Shown here: positions 14,663 to 23,489 of the stretch, piece by piece
How the letters are laid out: every line of letters begins with the position of its first letter
How positions within the stretch are numbered: the stretch's first letter is position 1
Origin: Candidatus Saccharimonadota bacterium
GTDB lineage: Archaea; Nanobdellota; Nanobdellia; Pacearchaeales; GW2011-AR1
Length of the DNA stretch: 32,000 nucleotides
Assembly: GCA_017609205.1 (NCBI GenBank)
Contig: JAFCEL010000001.1
Location: 479,057-511,056 of the forward strand
Direction: 5' to 3'
The notes under the pieces: generated by a model
Told to the model about the DNA's origin: nothing
The model's input: the letters and a program-made list of their open reading frames with translations, nothing else
Database searches by the model: none
Translations under genes and position numbers: made by a program

Positions 14663-16657
14663 CTAATTTCCACCTTCAATTCTTTTTAGGAAATTACTAA
14701 TGAATTTTTTATTTCCTTCTCTATCTTTTATTTCTTTGATAGTATAAACAGTCAAGTCTTCTTCGCCGTGTTTTTCCAATTTAATATTTGCAGGAACTTT
14801 TTCTTTTATTTTTTCACTTAGCATGATTTTTTTATCTGACATTGATGCTATTTTTTTTGAGTTTGTTATCAAAGTTCCCATACTCATAAATTTGAGTGAA
14901 TCTTTTTCTTGCTGGGCGATTATTGTTCCGTAATTAATGGATATCCCAAAGTCTATCTTTTGCTTAAATAATTTATTGTGCTCTTTGAGAATATCTTCTA
15001 TTTGTTGGGAGAATTTTATAGCTTTTTCCTCGTTTTTGAATGTTTTTGTTATTGACGGAATGAATAAGAAGAACATGAAGTTGTTACTTTCGTAAATATA
15101 AATTTTATTTTCTTCTGCGAGATTTACTATCTTTTGTAGTGTTTCTTCTGTTTGATCTTTTTTTGACTCTATTTCTTTTAAGTTTTTGATGTTGAGGCAC
15201 ACGAGGTTTATTGTTTGTTTGTTTCCTTTTATTGAAAGAGACAATTCTGCTTTGTTTCTTGTTTTTAATAGAGATTCTTTTCTTAGAGCTATTTTTGGTT
15301 TTACTTGTTCTTTTTTTCGAGTAATATAAGCAAAGAAAGTTTTGTTATAACCCTTTCTGAAAATAATGAATGCGAAAAATCCTAGGACTGCTATAAGAAA
15401 TATCCACGATATCGGATGTTGAATTACTTTTACCATTCCTGAAGATGGTTCTCTAATTCCTACTGCTTTACCTGTCAGAAGAACCCCTTCTTTAACTTGG
15501 CTTTCTCCTTCTGTTATTATCTCAACAGTGTATTTTCCATCTGGAGCAGTAAGAATGTATTTTATTTCTTCGTCTATTCCCAAGTCTACACTTATATTAA
15601 ATGTTGAATTTTCTATTTTTATTAGTACAGTGTCGTTGTAGGGAACATTCCCAATATTTGTTATTGTTAGGGTTTTGTTGATTATTTCTGTTTTGACATC
15701 TGCTTTTTGAACTATTTCAAAGGATGATTCTGCAGTAAGATTATTAGAGCCTGCAGTTATGGTCCATTCTGCTGGTGGCTCTTTATAGAGTATAGGAATC
15801 TCGAGGTATTCGTCTGTAGGAATCTCTGATTTTTTGATTACTGACCCTTGATTGTTTGTTATAGTTATCAGTGAAGTTGAGGGGATTTTTTCTCCTGTTT
15901 GGTCATGTAGGATTGTTTTTATCTTTGCATTTGTTCCGGGTTCTATTGTCTTATTTTCTAATAATATCTCAAGACTCGTTGGAACTTGAGTTATTTTTAT
16001 GTTATAATTTGCAAATCCTTCATTAGTTATTTCACCCTTTAGATCTTTTTCAAAGACGTCTATTTTTACTAAATACTGATCTGCTTTTGTTTCTTTTGGC
16101 ATAGAGAAGGTTATGTATCCGTAGCCATTATTTACTAATTCAATAATATTGAGATTTTCTGTAAGATTTCCTCCTTCAATAGAAACATTCACGAACCCCT
16201 CTACGAGTTGATTGTTCTCTTTAATTGCCTCAAATTCAATTGCTATTTCTTCTTCAGGTGCGAATTCTTTTTGCTCTGTTTTTAGATTTATTTTTATATT
16301 GTCAGAGATTTTGAATTCATCAGTTAGCTTTGTTTCTTCTCCAAGGGTTGCCTTGATTTTACATGTTCCTGTTGAGCGTCCTAGAAATTCTTTTTTTAAG
16401 GGGATTGAGGGCTCTCTTGAAATTTCTTCGCCTGAGGATAGGATAATATTTTCAAAATAAGCAAGTGTTTCTTTGCCATTACAGATTAAGTTTATCTCTA
16501 GAGATTCACTAATAGCTTCAAGAGTTTTTACTTTTATTGGAAGTATTATTCTGTCTCCAAGATTGTAAATGTTGTCTGGTTGTTTAACTATAATTATCTC
16601 TGCAGATGCGAAAGAAATCATTGATAAGAGTATTAGTATAGTTAATATCTTCCTCAT
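14663..16657 (-). CDS. type I membrane protein: signal peptide, ~400-aa beta-rich ectodomain, one TM helix, cytoplasmic cyclase-homology-like (probably inactive) domain
   Basis: 664 aa. The signal peptide is MRKILTILILLSMISFASA and the TM helix is ISWIFLIAVLGFFAFIIF. The C-terminal pattern INLVCLNIKNL...IYIYESNNFMFFLF...IDFGISINYGTIIA...MSMGTLITNSKKIASMSDKKIMLSEKI follows the class III cyclase strand order. The metal-binding Asp positions appear replaced by Asn. Confidence 0.55.
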   Translation of the reverse strand: MRKILTILILLSMISFASAEIIIVKQPDNIYNLGDRIILPIKVKTLEAISESLEINLICNGKETLAYFENIILSSGEEISREPSIPLKKEFLGRSTGTCKIKATLGEETKLTDEFKISDNIKINLKTEQKEFAPEEEIAIEFEAIKENNQLVEGFVNVSIEGGNLTENLNIIELVNNGYGYITFSMPKETKADQYLVKIDVFEKDLKGEITNEGFANYNIKITQVPTSLEILLENKTIEPGTNAKIKTILHDQTGEKIPSTSLITITNNQGSVIKKSEIPTDEYLEIPILYKEPPAEWTITAGSNNLTAESSFEIVQKADVKTEIINKTLTITNIGNVPYNDTVLIKIENSTFNISVDLGIDEEIKYILTAPDGKYTVEIITEGESQVKEGVLLTGKAVGIREPSSGMVKVIQHPISWIFLIAVLGFFAFIIFRKGYNKTFFAYITRKKEQVKPKIALRKESLLKTRNKAELSLSIKGNKQTINLVCLNIKNLKEIESKKDQTEETLQKIVNLAEENKIYIYESNNFMFFLFIPSITKTFKNEEKAIKFSQQIEDILKEHNKLFKQKIDFGISINYGTIIAQQEKDSLKFMSMGTLITNSKKIASMSDKKIMLSEKIKEKVPANIKLEKHGEEDLTVYTIKEIKDREGNKKFISNFLKRIEGGN

Positions 16658-16678
16658 TTGTTTATGATGTAATTTATA

Positions 16679-16686
16679 TTTATAAA
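16679..16686. promoter_or_regulatory. TATA box (TTTATAAA) between divergent genes 14663..16657 and trpS
   Basis: It lies 21 nt from the minus-strand ATG at 16657. A second A/T box, TTTAAAAA at 16702-16709, lies 20 nt before the alternative trpS ATG at 16730. Confidence 0.45.
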
Positions 16687-16714
16687 TATTTGTTAGGAAT
16701 GTTTAAAAATATGT

Positions 16715-17872
16715 ATGCTTTTATTGACTATGACAAAAAAAATGAAGGTGACGCCTTATGATGTTAGAGGTAAGGTTAATTATGATAAACTTATTAATGA
16801 GTTTGGAGTAAAAAAATTAAGTGAAGGTGATTTGAAAAGAATTGAGAGGCTTGCAGGAGAATTACATCCTTATTTAAGGAGGGGAATTTTTTTTGCGCAT
16901 CGTGATTTGAAAAGAGTTCTTGACGAATATGAGAAAGGGAACAAGTTTTTTCTTTATACAGGGATTGGGCCATCTGGACCTATTCATCTTGGACATATTG
17001 GGACATGGAGATTGGTTAAATGGCTGCAGGATAGGTTTGATACTGACTTGTGGTTTCAGTTTACAGATGATGAGAAATTTCTTTATGGGAATAAGGGGTT
17101 TAAGGAGATTAGAAGATGGACAAAAGAGAATATGATTGATATAATTGCATTGGGGTTTAATCCAAAGAAAACACATTTTTTGGTTGATACTCTTCATGCA
17201 GGGATAATGTATCCGGAAGCAATTAAGGTTGCTAAGAAGATAACTTTCTCGACGATAAAAGCATCTTTTGGATTTAATGATTCAAATAACATTGGAAGTA
17301 TTTTTTATACTGCTATGCAAACGGTTCCTATTTTTCTTCCAAATATCTTAAGAAACGAAAACAGGCCTTGTCTGATTCCTCTTGGAGTTGATCAGGATCC
17401 TCATTTTAGAATCTCAAGAGATGTAGTTGAAAAATTAGGGCATAAAAAACCTGCTATTTTACATGCAAAATTTATGCCTGCGTTAAGAGGGCCTGAGGGC
17501 AAAATGAGCAGTAGCTTGACTAATAGCGCAATTTTAATGACTGATTCTCCTAAAGAAGTTGAAAGAAAAATTAAAAAATATGCTTTTTCAGGGGGGCAGA
17601 AGACAATTGCAGAACATAGACAAAAAGGCGGAAACCCTGATATTGATGTTAGTTTTCAGTGGTTGAGATATTTTGAGGAAGATGATGAGAGATTAAATCA
17701 GATAAGAGAAGATTATAAGTCTGGGAGATTGCTAACAAGTGAACTCAAGGAAATTTTAATTAAGAAAATAAATGCTTTTTTAAAAGTACATCAGGAGAGA
17801 AGAAAAAAAGCAAAAGATAAAATCAATGATTTTTTGTTTAAAACTAGATCTCTCTATAAAATTGATGTTTAA
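16715..17872 (+). CDS. trpS: tryptophan--tRNA ligase, archaeal/eukaryal type
   Basis: Class I signatures are GIGPSGPIHLGH and KMSSS. The N-terminal VTPYDVRGKVNYDKLINEFG is typical of archaeal TrpRS. The start could alternatively be the ATG at 16730. Confidence 0.9.
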   Translation: MLLLTMTKKMKVTPYDVRGKVNYDKLINEFGVKKLSEGDLKRIERLAGELHPYLRRGIFFAHRDLKRVLDEYEKGNKFFLYTGIGPSGPIHLGHIGTWRLVKWLQDRFDTDLWFQFTDDEKFLYGNKGFKEIRRWTKENMIDIIALGFNPKKTHFLVDTLHAGIMYPEAIKVAKKITFSTIKASFGFNDSNNIGSIFYTAMQTVPIFLPNILRNENRPCLIPLGVDQDPHFRISRDVVEKLGHKKPAILHAKFMPALRGPEGKMSSSLTNSAILMTDSPKEVERKIKKYAFSGGQKTIAEHRQKGGNPDIDVSFQWLRYFEEDDERLNQIREDYKSGRLLTSELKEILIKKINAFLKVHQERRKKAKDKINDFLFKTRSLYKIDV

Positions 17873-18398
17873 ATCCTCGGGAATCTATTGGTTGAAGTCT
17901 ATTGGGGTCTATTTTCAGTTTCCCTTGTTTTAATTTTCTTATTAGACTTTTTTTGTAAAAGTGGGTTTGCCCGAAATTATAATATTCCCATTCTCCTCTT
18001 AGCAAGCCTTTTGCTATTATTAAGCTTTCATGCCATTCTTTAATCTCTTCTTTTTTTGGGTGTAGGATTCTTCTTAAGTTCTCTCTATTTTTTGTTGTAT
18101 TGTCAAAACAGCTATATTGATTGGGATGCAATAAGACTTCTTTAAGTGAGCCTTCACCATTATACTTTCTTCCATCATTTAGTCTATTAAATGGAGTAAT
18201 TCCAGCAAATATCTTCTCTCTTGGTTCGCAACCGCTTGTTTCTCCGTAAATCATCATTGCTAATAAGATATCTTCTGATTTTTGTTCTAGAATCTTTCTT
18301 TCAGATATACCGTAACTTGATTCTGGAAGAAGCAGTCTGCTAACTAAATCTGCTCCTGCCATTCCTGTAATTTTTAAAAATTGTCTTCGATTCATCAT
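17844..18398 (-). CDS. SleB/CwlJ-like cell-wall hydrolase (Hydrolase_2 family) with a twin-arginine signal
   Basis: 184 aa. The N-terminal MMNRRQFLKITGMAGA resembles a Tat signal. LLAMMIYGETSG, ITPFNRLNDG, SLKEVLLHPNQYSCF and the C-terminal GFKHQFYR follow the SleB catalytic-domain pattern. The 3' end overlaps the trpS 3' end convergently by 29 nt. Confidence 0.55.
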   Translation of the reverse strand: MMNRRQFLKITGMAGADLVSRLLLPESSYGISERKILEQKSEDILLAMMIYGETSGCEPREKIFAGITPFNRLNDGRKYNGEGSLKEVLLHPNQYSCFDNTTKNRENLRRILHPKKEEIKEWHESLIIAKGLLRGEWEYYNFGQTHFYKKSLIRKLKQGKLKIDPNRLQPIDSRGFKHQFYREI

Positions 18399-18463
18399 TT
18401 TAAAAGCAATTAATTTTGATATTAATCTTATAAATTAGAAGCAAATATTCTCTGATAACTAAT

Positions 18464-18471
18464 TTTATAAA
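18464..18471 (+). promoter_or_regulatory. TATA box (TTTATAAA) for thrS
   Basis: The box ends 21 nt before the thrS ATG at 18493. Confidence 0.5.
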
Positions 18472-18492
18472 CCTTTTGTTCTTATTTCGCTT

Positions 18493-20190
18493 ATGAAGAT
18501 CTTATTACTTCATGTTGATTATATTAGGTTCAAACCCTTGAAGAAAGCATTGAGGAGTGTTGGCGAACTTTCTGAAAAAGAGAAGAAGGGCAATAAAGTT
18601 GAGGATGCTCTGGTAGTTCTGACTGCTGTTGAGAAAGGCGACAGTGATGTTAAGAAAATCGTTGAAGAGTTTGTTAAGAATGTAAAAGATGTTGCTAAAC
18701 AGGTTGGTGTAAAAAATGTTGTTCTTTACCCCTATGTTCATTTATCTCCGGTTCCCTCTACTCCTGAGCTTGCTATAAAGGTTCTAGATGAAGCAGAGAA
18801 GAAATTAAAAAAAGACTTTAAGATTGCTCGGGCTCCGTTTGGTTATTATAAAGAATTTGAGATGAAGGTTAAAGGACATCCGCTGAGTGAATTGAGTAGA
18901 GAAATAACTGCCAGGGAAGAATCAGAAAAGTATGATTATAAGCAATTACTTAGAGAGATTTCAAAGACTAAACTGGATACTTCTAAACTAAAGGATAATG
19001 ATCATAGGATTCTCGGACAGCAGATGGATTTGTTTAGTTTTTCAGAGGTTGCACCAGGAATGGTTTTTTGGCATAATAATGGATTAATAATTTATAATGA
19101 GCTTATTCGGTTCTGGAGAGAGGTTCATAGGGAAGCAGGGTATCAGGAGATAAAAACACCTCAGATTTTGGACAAGAAATTATGGCAGATTTCTGGACAT
19201 TGGGAAAAATACAAGGAAAATATTTTTTTAACAGAATATGAAAAAAGGGTTTTTGCTGTGAAGCCAATGAATTGCCCTGGAGGAATGTTAATTTTTAAAC
19301 ATAAGCCAAAAAGTTATAAAGACCTTCCATTGAGAGCTGGTGAATTGGGAGTTGTTCATAGACAAGAACTCTCGGGTGTTTTAGGAGGTCTTTTTAGGGT
19401 GATTCAATTTACACAGGATGATGCACATATTTATTGCACAGAAAAACAGATGGAGGAGGAACTTATTAGAATAATTGAGTTGGCAATTTTCTTTTATGAG
19501 AAGTTTAGTTTGGAGATAGACCATATTGAACTCTCAACTAGACCGGAAAGGAGAATTGGCGACGAGAAAATGTGGGATCTTGCTGAAAAAACTCTTGAGA
19601 AAGTTCTAAGGCAAAAAAAAGTTAATTTTGTAATTAATGAGGGAGATGGGGCTTTTTATGGACCTAAGATTGATTTTCATGTTAAGGATTCTCTTGGAAG
19701 AACATGGCAGTGTGCTACAGTGCAGTTAGATTTTGCAATGCCAGAGAGGTTTGGCCTGGAATATACGGATAAAGATAATAAAAAGAAAAGGCCTGTAATG
19801 ATACATCGAACGATTTATGGTTCTCTTGAAAGATTTATTGGGATTTTAATTGAGCATACAAAAGGTAGATTACCGACATGGATTGCACCTATTCAGGTTC
19901 GGGTTTTGAGTTTTACAGATAAGAATATTAGTTATGGAAAAAAGGTTGTTGAAGAATTGAAAGAGAAAATTCCAAATCTGAGAATTGAAGATGATTTCAG
20001 AAGCACAACAGTTCAATCAAAGGTTAAAGATGCTGAATTAATGAGGGTCCCATATATAATTGTTGTTGGTGATAAAGAAGAGAAAGAGAAAAATCTTGCT
20101 GTTAGGATTAGAGGGGATAAGAAAATTGAGAAATTCACAGTGGATAGTTTTGCTAAGAAATTGTCAAAGGAAATTGAGGAAAGAGAATGA
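18493..20190 (+). CDS. thrS: threonine--tRNA ligase, archaeal type with an N-terminal DTD-like editing domain
   Basis: The N-terminus MKILLLHVDYIRFKPLKKAL...YPYVHLS...APFGYYKEFEMKVKGHPLSELSREI matches the archaeal ThrRS editing domain. It is followed by a class II core (FWHNNG, MNCPGG, RVIQFTQDDAHIY, HRTIYGSLERF) and an anticodon-binding domain. The gene ends at the TGA at 20188. Confidence 0.9.
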   Translation: MKILLLHVDYIRFKPLKKALRSVGELSEKEKKGNKVEDALVVLTAVEKGDSDVKKIVEEFVKNVKDVAKQVGVKNVVLYPYVHLSPVPSTPELAIKVLDEAEKKLKKDFKIARAPFGYYKEFEMKVKGHPLSELSREITAREESEKYDYKQLLREISKTKLDTSKLKDNDHRILGQQMDLFSFSEVAPGMVFWHNNGLIIYNELIRFWREVHREAGYQEIKTPQILDKKLWQISGHWEKYKENIFLTEYEKRVFAVKPMNCPGGMLIFKHKPKSYKDLPLRAGELGVVHRQELSGVLGGLFRVIQFTQDDAHIYCTEKQMEEELIRIIELAIFFYEKFSLEIDHIELSTRPERRIGDEKMWDLAEKTLEKVLRQKKVNFVINEGDGAFYGPKIDFHVKDSLGRTWQCATVQLDFAMPERFGLEYTDKDNKKKRPVMIHRTIYGSLERFIGILIEHTKGRLPTWIAPIQVRVLSFTDKNISYGKKVVEELKEKIPNLRIEDDFRSTTVQSKVKDAELMRVPYIIVVGDKEEKEKNLAVRIRGDKKIEKFTVDSFAKKLSKEIEERE

Positions 20191-20430
20191 ACTGATGAAT
20201 TTAAGGAATTTATTAAAAAATATCCTTCAGCGTTTTTATGTTCTGCTTTTTTTTCAATTGATAAAAAAGGAAATGATAATAAACAGCATTTTGATTATTT
20301 TATTGGGGATAAAATTATTTCTTTTCAGCTTGAAGACAACTTCAAAAAGATTGAGCTTGAGAACTTTGGGGGGCAGGTTCCTAAAAAAGTAAATGAGAAA
20401 ATTGATTTTGATTTTAAGATTCTTGAGAGA

Positions 20431-20667
20431 ATGATTGTTGATAAAATGCAGGAGGAGAATATAAGGAAGGATATACAGAAGATTTTATGGTCTCTGCAGA
20501 GATTGGATGAGGGTGATTTTCTTATTGGCACAATTTTTATCTCGGGTCTAGGGATGGTTAGAGTTAAAATTAATCTAAAGGATAATAAATTAGTTGATTT
20601 TGAAAAGAAGAGCTTGTTTGATATTGTTAAGGTTTTTAAAAATAGCAAGGAGAACTCTCAGAATTAG
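20431..20667 (+). CDS. hypothetical protein; the reading frame is open and protein-like back to 20191, directly after the thrS TGA
   Basis: The track ORF is 78 aa from the first ATG. The same frame (also the thrS frame) has 80 further stop-free codons upstream (TDEFKEFIKKYPSAFLCSAFFSIDKKGNDNKQHFDYFIGDK...). These contain no in-frame ATG, GTG or TTG. Confidence 0.4.
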   Translation: MIVDKMQEENIRKDIQKILWSLQRLDEGDFLIGTIFISGLGMVRVKINLKDNKLVDFEKKSLFDIVKVFKNSKENSQN

Positions 20668-20672
20668 TTAGT

Positions 20673-21278
20673 TTAATCTTTAATTTTCTCAGCGATAAAT
20701 TCAATGCTTCTCTTTGGTTCTATTCTCTTTATAATTTTAAACCCTTCTTTCTTAAATAAATCGTGAATCTCTTTTTCGTCAAAGAGATAATAATATCTTC
20801 TCTCTTTGTTTTTCCAACGAATGAACTTTTCTTTTGAGGCGTTTTTGAATTGCTTTGAGTTTTTATTATAAACAGTAACATAAACTTTTGCTTTTGATTT
20901 TAAAACACGATAAAGTTCTTTTACTGCTTTTTCTCTATCTTGCTTTTTAGGTATGCAATGAAGCGAAGAAGTGCAAATAGCAGCGTCAAAGTATTCATCC
21001 TTGAAGGGAAGTTTTGTCATATCCGATATAATGAATTTTGCAGAGATGTTTTTGTTTTTTGCCCTCTTTTTTGCAAACTCAATCATTTTTTCTGAGAAGT
21101 CTATTAGATACATCTGTCCATTTTTTATTTTTATTAAATGTCGTCCTGCTCCACTTCCTAAATCTAGAATTTTCCCTTGTTGTTCTTTAAGAAAATCTGT
21201 TACTCTTTTTATTGGATTATTTTTTAGTTTATACCATTCATTTGCTAAATTATTCCAGACTTTTTTTTGACATCTCAT
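20673..21278 (-). CDS. class I SAM-dependent methyltransferase (Methyltransf_11-like; possible Trm9-like)
   Basis: 201 aa. Motif I is ILDLGSGAGRHL. An acidic post-I residue (IDFSEKM) and motif IV (FDAAICTSSLHCIP) are present. The gene is divergent from elp3. Confidence 0.75.
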   Translation of the reverse strand: MRCQKKVWNNLANEWYKLKNNPIKRVTDFLKEQQGKILDLGSGAGRHLIKIKNGQMYLIDFSEKMIEFAKKRAKNKNISAKFIISDMTKLPFKDEYFDAAICTSSLHCIPKKQDREKAVKELYRVLKSKAKVYVTVYNKNSKQFKNASKEKFIRWKNKERRYYYLFDEKEIHDLFKKEGFKIIKRIEPKRSIEFIAEKIKD

Positions 21279-21319
21279 TTATTAAGAAAAGAATTTAAGG
21301 TTAAATTTGTTTGGATTTT

Positions 21320-22678
21320 ATGGACAAGCCACGTAAAGGAGAGATTCGCAAACCCACAAGGACTTTATCTGGGATTACACCTGTTGCTGTGATGTTGCCT
21401 CCGCGAAAATGTAACCATGGGATGTGTGTTTATTGTCCGTCGATGGATGTTCCCCAGAGTTATACTCCTCGAAGTCCTGTTGTAATGAGGGCTAAGAGAG
21501 TTGGCTATGATTCTTATAAACAGGTTTGTGCAAGAATAAAATCTTTTCAGGTTATGAATCATCCTACAGATAAAATTGAGATTATAATTATGGGAGGGAC
21601 TTTTTTAGAATATCCTGAGAAATTTAAGAATGAGTTTGTTAAAGGAATCTACGACGGGCTTAATGGAAAAAAATCAAAAACATTGAAACAAGCACAAAAA
21701 ATGAATGAGACTGCGAAGCATAGATGTGTGGCGTTTTGTATTGAAACTCGCCCTGATGTTTGTGTGGAGTTCATCGAGCAGATGAGAAATTGGGGTGTGA
21801 CGAGAGTTGAATTGGGAGTTCAAATTCCTGACGATAAAATTTATAAGAAAGTTAAAAGGGGGCATTCAGTAAGGGATGTTATTAATGCTACGAGAGTTCT
21901 GAAGAATGCTGGTTTTAAAGTTGGCTATCACATTATGTTCGGGCTTCCAGGAAGTAGTTTAAAAAAAGATTACAAACTGTTCAAACGACTTTTCTCTTTG
22001 AGTAGTTTTCGTCCTGACCAATTGAAGCTTTATCCTTGCCAAGTAATGCCAAATTCTGAGATTGAGAACTGGTATTGGAAAGGAAAATATAAACCTTATA
22101 CTAAACAGGAAACTAAGAAAATTTTGATTGCAGTTTTGAAAATAATTCCGCGTTATTGTAGGGTGATGAGAATTATGAGAGAAATTCCACCGCAATATAT
22201 TATTGCAGGAACTCAGAGAATTGATTTGCGTAAGGAGATTGAGAGTGAACTGAGGGAGAAGAATTTAAAATTAAAGGAGATAAGATATAGGGAGATAGGA
22301 TTTGCGATTAATCGTGGAGAAGTAGATAATAATTTGAGATTAAAGATAACAAAATATCGGGCATCTGAGGGTACAGAGTATTTTTTAGAGGTGGTAAACA
22401 GCGACGATATTTTATTTGGATTATGCCGGTTAAGAATTTTTCATAAGAATGCAATTATTAGGGAGCTTCATGTATATGGACCTGCGTTAAGATTAGGGCA
22501 AGAAGGAATTATTTCGCAGCATCGTGGTCTTGGAAAATGGCTTATGGGAGAAGCAGAAAAAATTGCGCAAAAGAAAGGTGTGAAGGAATTAAAAATTATT
22601 TCTGGGATTGGGGTAAGAGAATATTACAAAAAGTTGGGATATAGGTTAGACAAAACTTATATGGTCAAATCCTTATAA
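21320..22678 (+). CDS. elp3: Elp3-family radical SAM / GNAT protein (tRNA U34 carboxymethyl-forming enzyme homolog)
   Basis: The radical SAM cluster motif CNHGMCVYCP and the core IIIMGGTF...CIETRPD...GVTRVELGVQ are present. The C-terminal GNAT region is RELHVYG...QHRGLGKWLM..AE. The track start at 21311 is a TTG. The first ATG is at 21320. Confidence 0.85.
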   Translation: MDKPRKGEIRKPTRTLSGITPVAVMLPPRKCNHGMCVYCPSMDVPQSYTPRSPVVMRAKRVGYDSYKQVCARIKSFQVMNHPTDKIEIIIMGGTFLEYPEKFKNEFVKGIYDGLNGKKSKTLKQAQKMNETAKHRCVAFCIETRPDVCVEFIEQMRNWGVTRVELGVQIPDDKIYKKVKRGHSVRDVINATRVLKNAGFKVGYHIMFGLPGSSLKKDYKLFKRLFSLSSFRPDQLKLYPCQVMPNSEIENWYWKGKYKPYTKQETKKILIAVLKIIPRYCRVMRIMREIPPQYIIAGTQRIDLRKEIESELREKNLKLKEIRYREIGFAINRGEVDNNLRLKITKYRASEGTEYFLEVVNSDDILFGLCRLRIFHKNAIIRELHVYGPALRLGQEGIISQHRGLGKWLMGEAEKIAQKKGVKELKIISGIGVREYYKKLGYRLDKTYMVKSL

Positions 22679-23489
22679 CACCTGCCTGCCAATCTTTCAA
22701 AATTTTTCTTGCTGTTTTATCGGAATCAATCAGTCCTTTTTTTTTCAAAAAGTTCCATTTTTTTCCTAGCTCGTTTAGGATTTTTTCAGCGTCGGCTTTT
22801 GCTTCTGTTTTATAATGTTCTTCTAAGACATCTGGATAGTCTTTTATTAATTTTGCAATCACCATTTCAGGATCTTTGACTTGCGAATATGAGCGTCCTC
22901 CAACGATGGTGTGCTGGGCAATTTTCTCTTTTTCTATATTTGAATATTCTTCATTAGGAATTACCCCTGGAGTATCTAATAAGATTATTTCATTAGTTAA
23001 TCTTATTTTTTGAATTCCTTTTGTGAAACCTGCATCTGCTCCTACACCTGCTTTTGATTTTCCGACTAGCAGATTTATGAGGGAACTTTTTCCTGTGTTG
23101 GGGTATCCGATTACTCCAATAGTGATTTTATCGTTAGAAGGTTTTATTTTTTTTGAGACTATTTTTATCTTGTCCCTTAGCTTTTTTATGTTTTTTTTGG
23201 TTTTGCATGATACATTAATGCTCTGAGGTATTTTTGATGAGGTTTTTTTTGTAAGGTCGGACTTATTTAAAACATAAATTATTTTTTTCTTTTTTCTTTT
23301 TATTTTTTTTTCAAGTTCAATATTTCTTGTTTCTCTTACAAATCTTGCATCAAGAACTTCGAGAATGATATCTGAATCTTCGATTATTTTTTCAACTAGT
23401 GAAGGATATTTTTCTTTTTGTTTTCTTAGCTTTGGAGATTTTGTTGCTCTTTTAGTTTTTCGTGAAGAAAAGATATATTTCGCTCTCAT
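22665..23489 (-). CDS. circularly permuted GTPase, YlqF/RbgA (Nog2/Lsg1-like) family, ribosome biogenesis
   Basis: G4 (VLNKSDL) precedes G1 (GYPNTGKSSLIN) and G3 (DTPG). This order is the circular permutation diagnostic of the family. The N-terminus is basic. Confidence 0.8.
   Translation of the reverse strand: MRAKYIFSSRKTKRATKSPKLRKQKEKYPSLVEKIIEDSDIILEVLDARFVRETRNIELEKKIKRKKKKIIYVLNKSDLTKKTSSKIPQSINVSCKTKKNIKKLRDKIKIVSKKIKPSNDKITIGVIGYPNTGKSSLINLLVGKSKAGVGADAGFTKGIQKIRLTNEIILLDTPGVIPNEEYSNIEKEKIAQHTIVGGRSYSQVKDPEMVIAKLIKDYPDVLEEHYKTEAKADAEKILNELGKKWNFLKKKGLIDSDKTARKILKDWQAGVIRI

Noticed and set aside
20188-20190. Genome-wide TGA reassignment (code 4/25-like) as an explanation for the in-frame TGA after thrS.
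   Set aside because: TGA terminates other well-delimited genes at their expected ends: htpX at 12006-12008, the YchF-like GTPase at 25246-25248, and 611..958. Conserved genes are not fragmented under the standard code.
20060-20392. 110-aa plus-strand ORF overlapping the thrS 3' end and the downstream region.
   Set aside because: It overlaps the conserved thrS anticodon-binding domain out of frame, and its sequence is hydrophobic and low-complexity. I kept it only as a caveat, because the ATG at 20195 plus a slip in the T8 run could feed the downstream frame.
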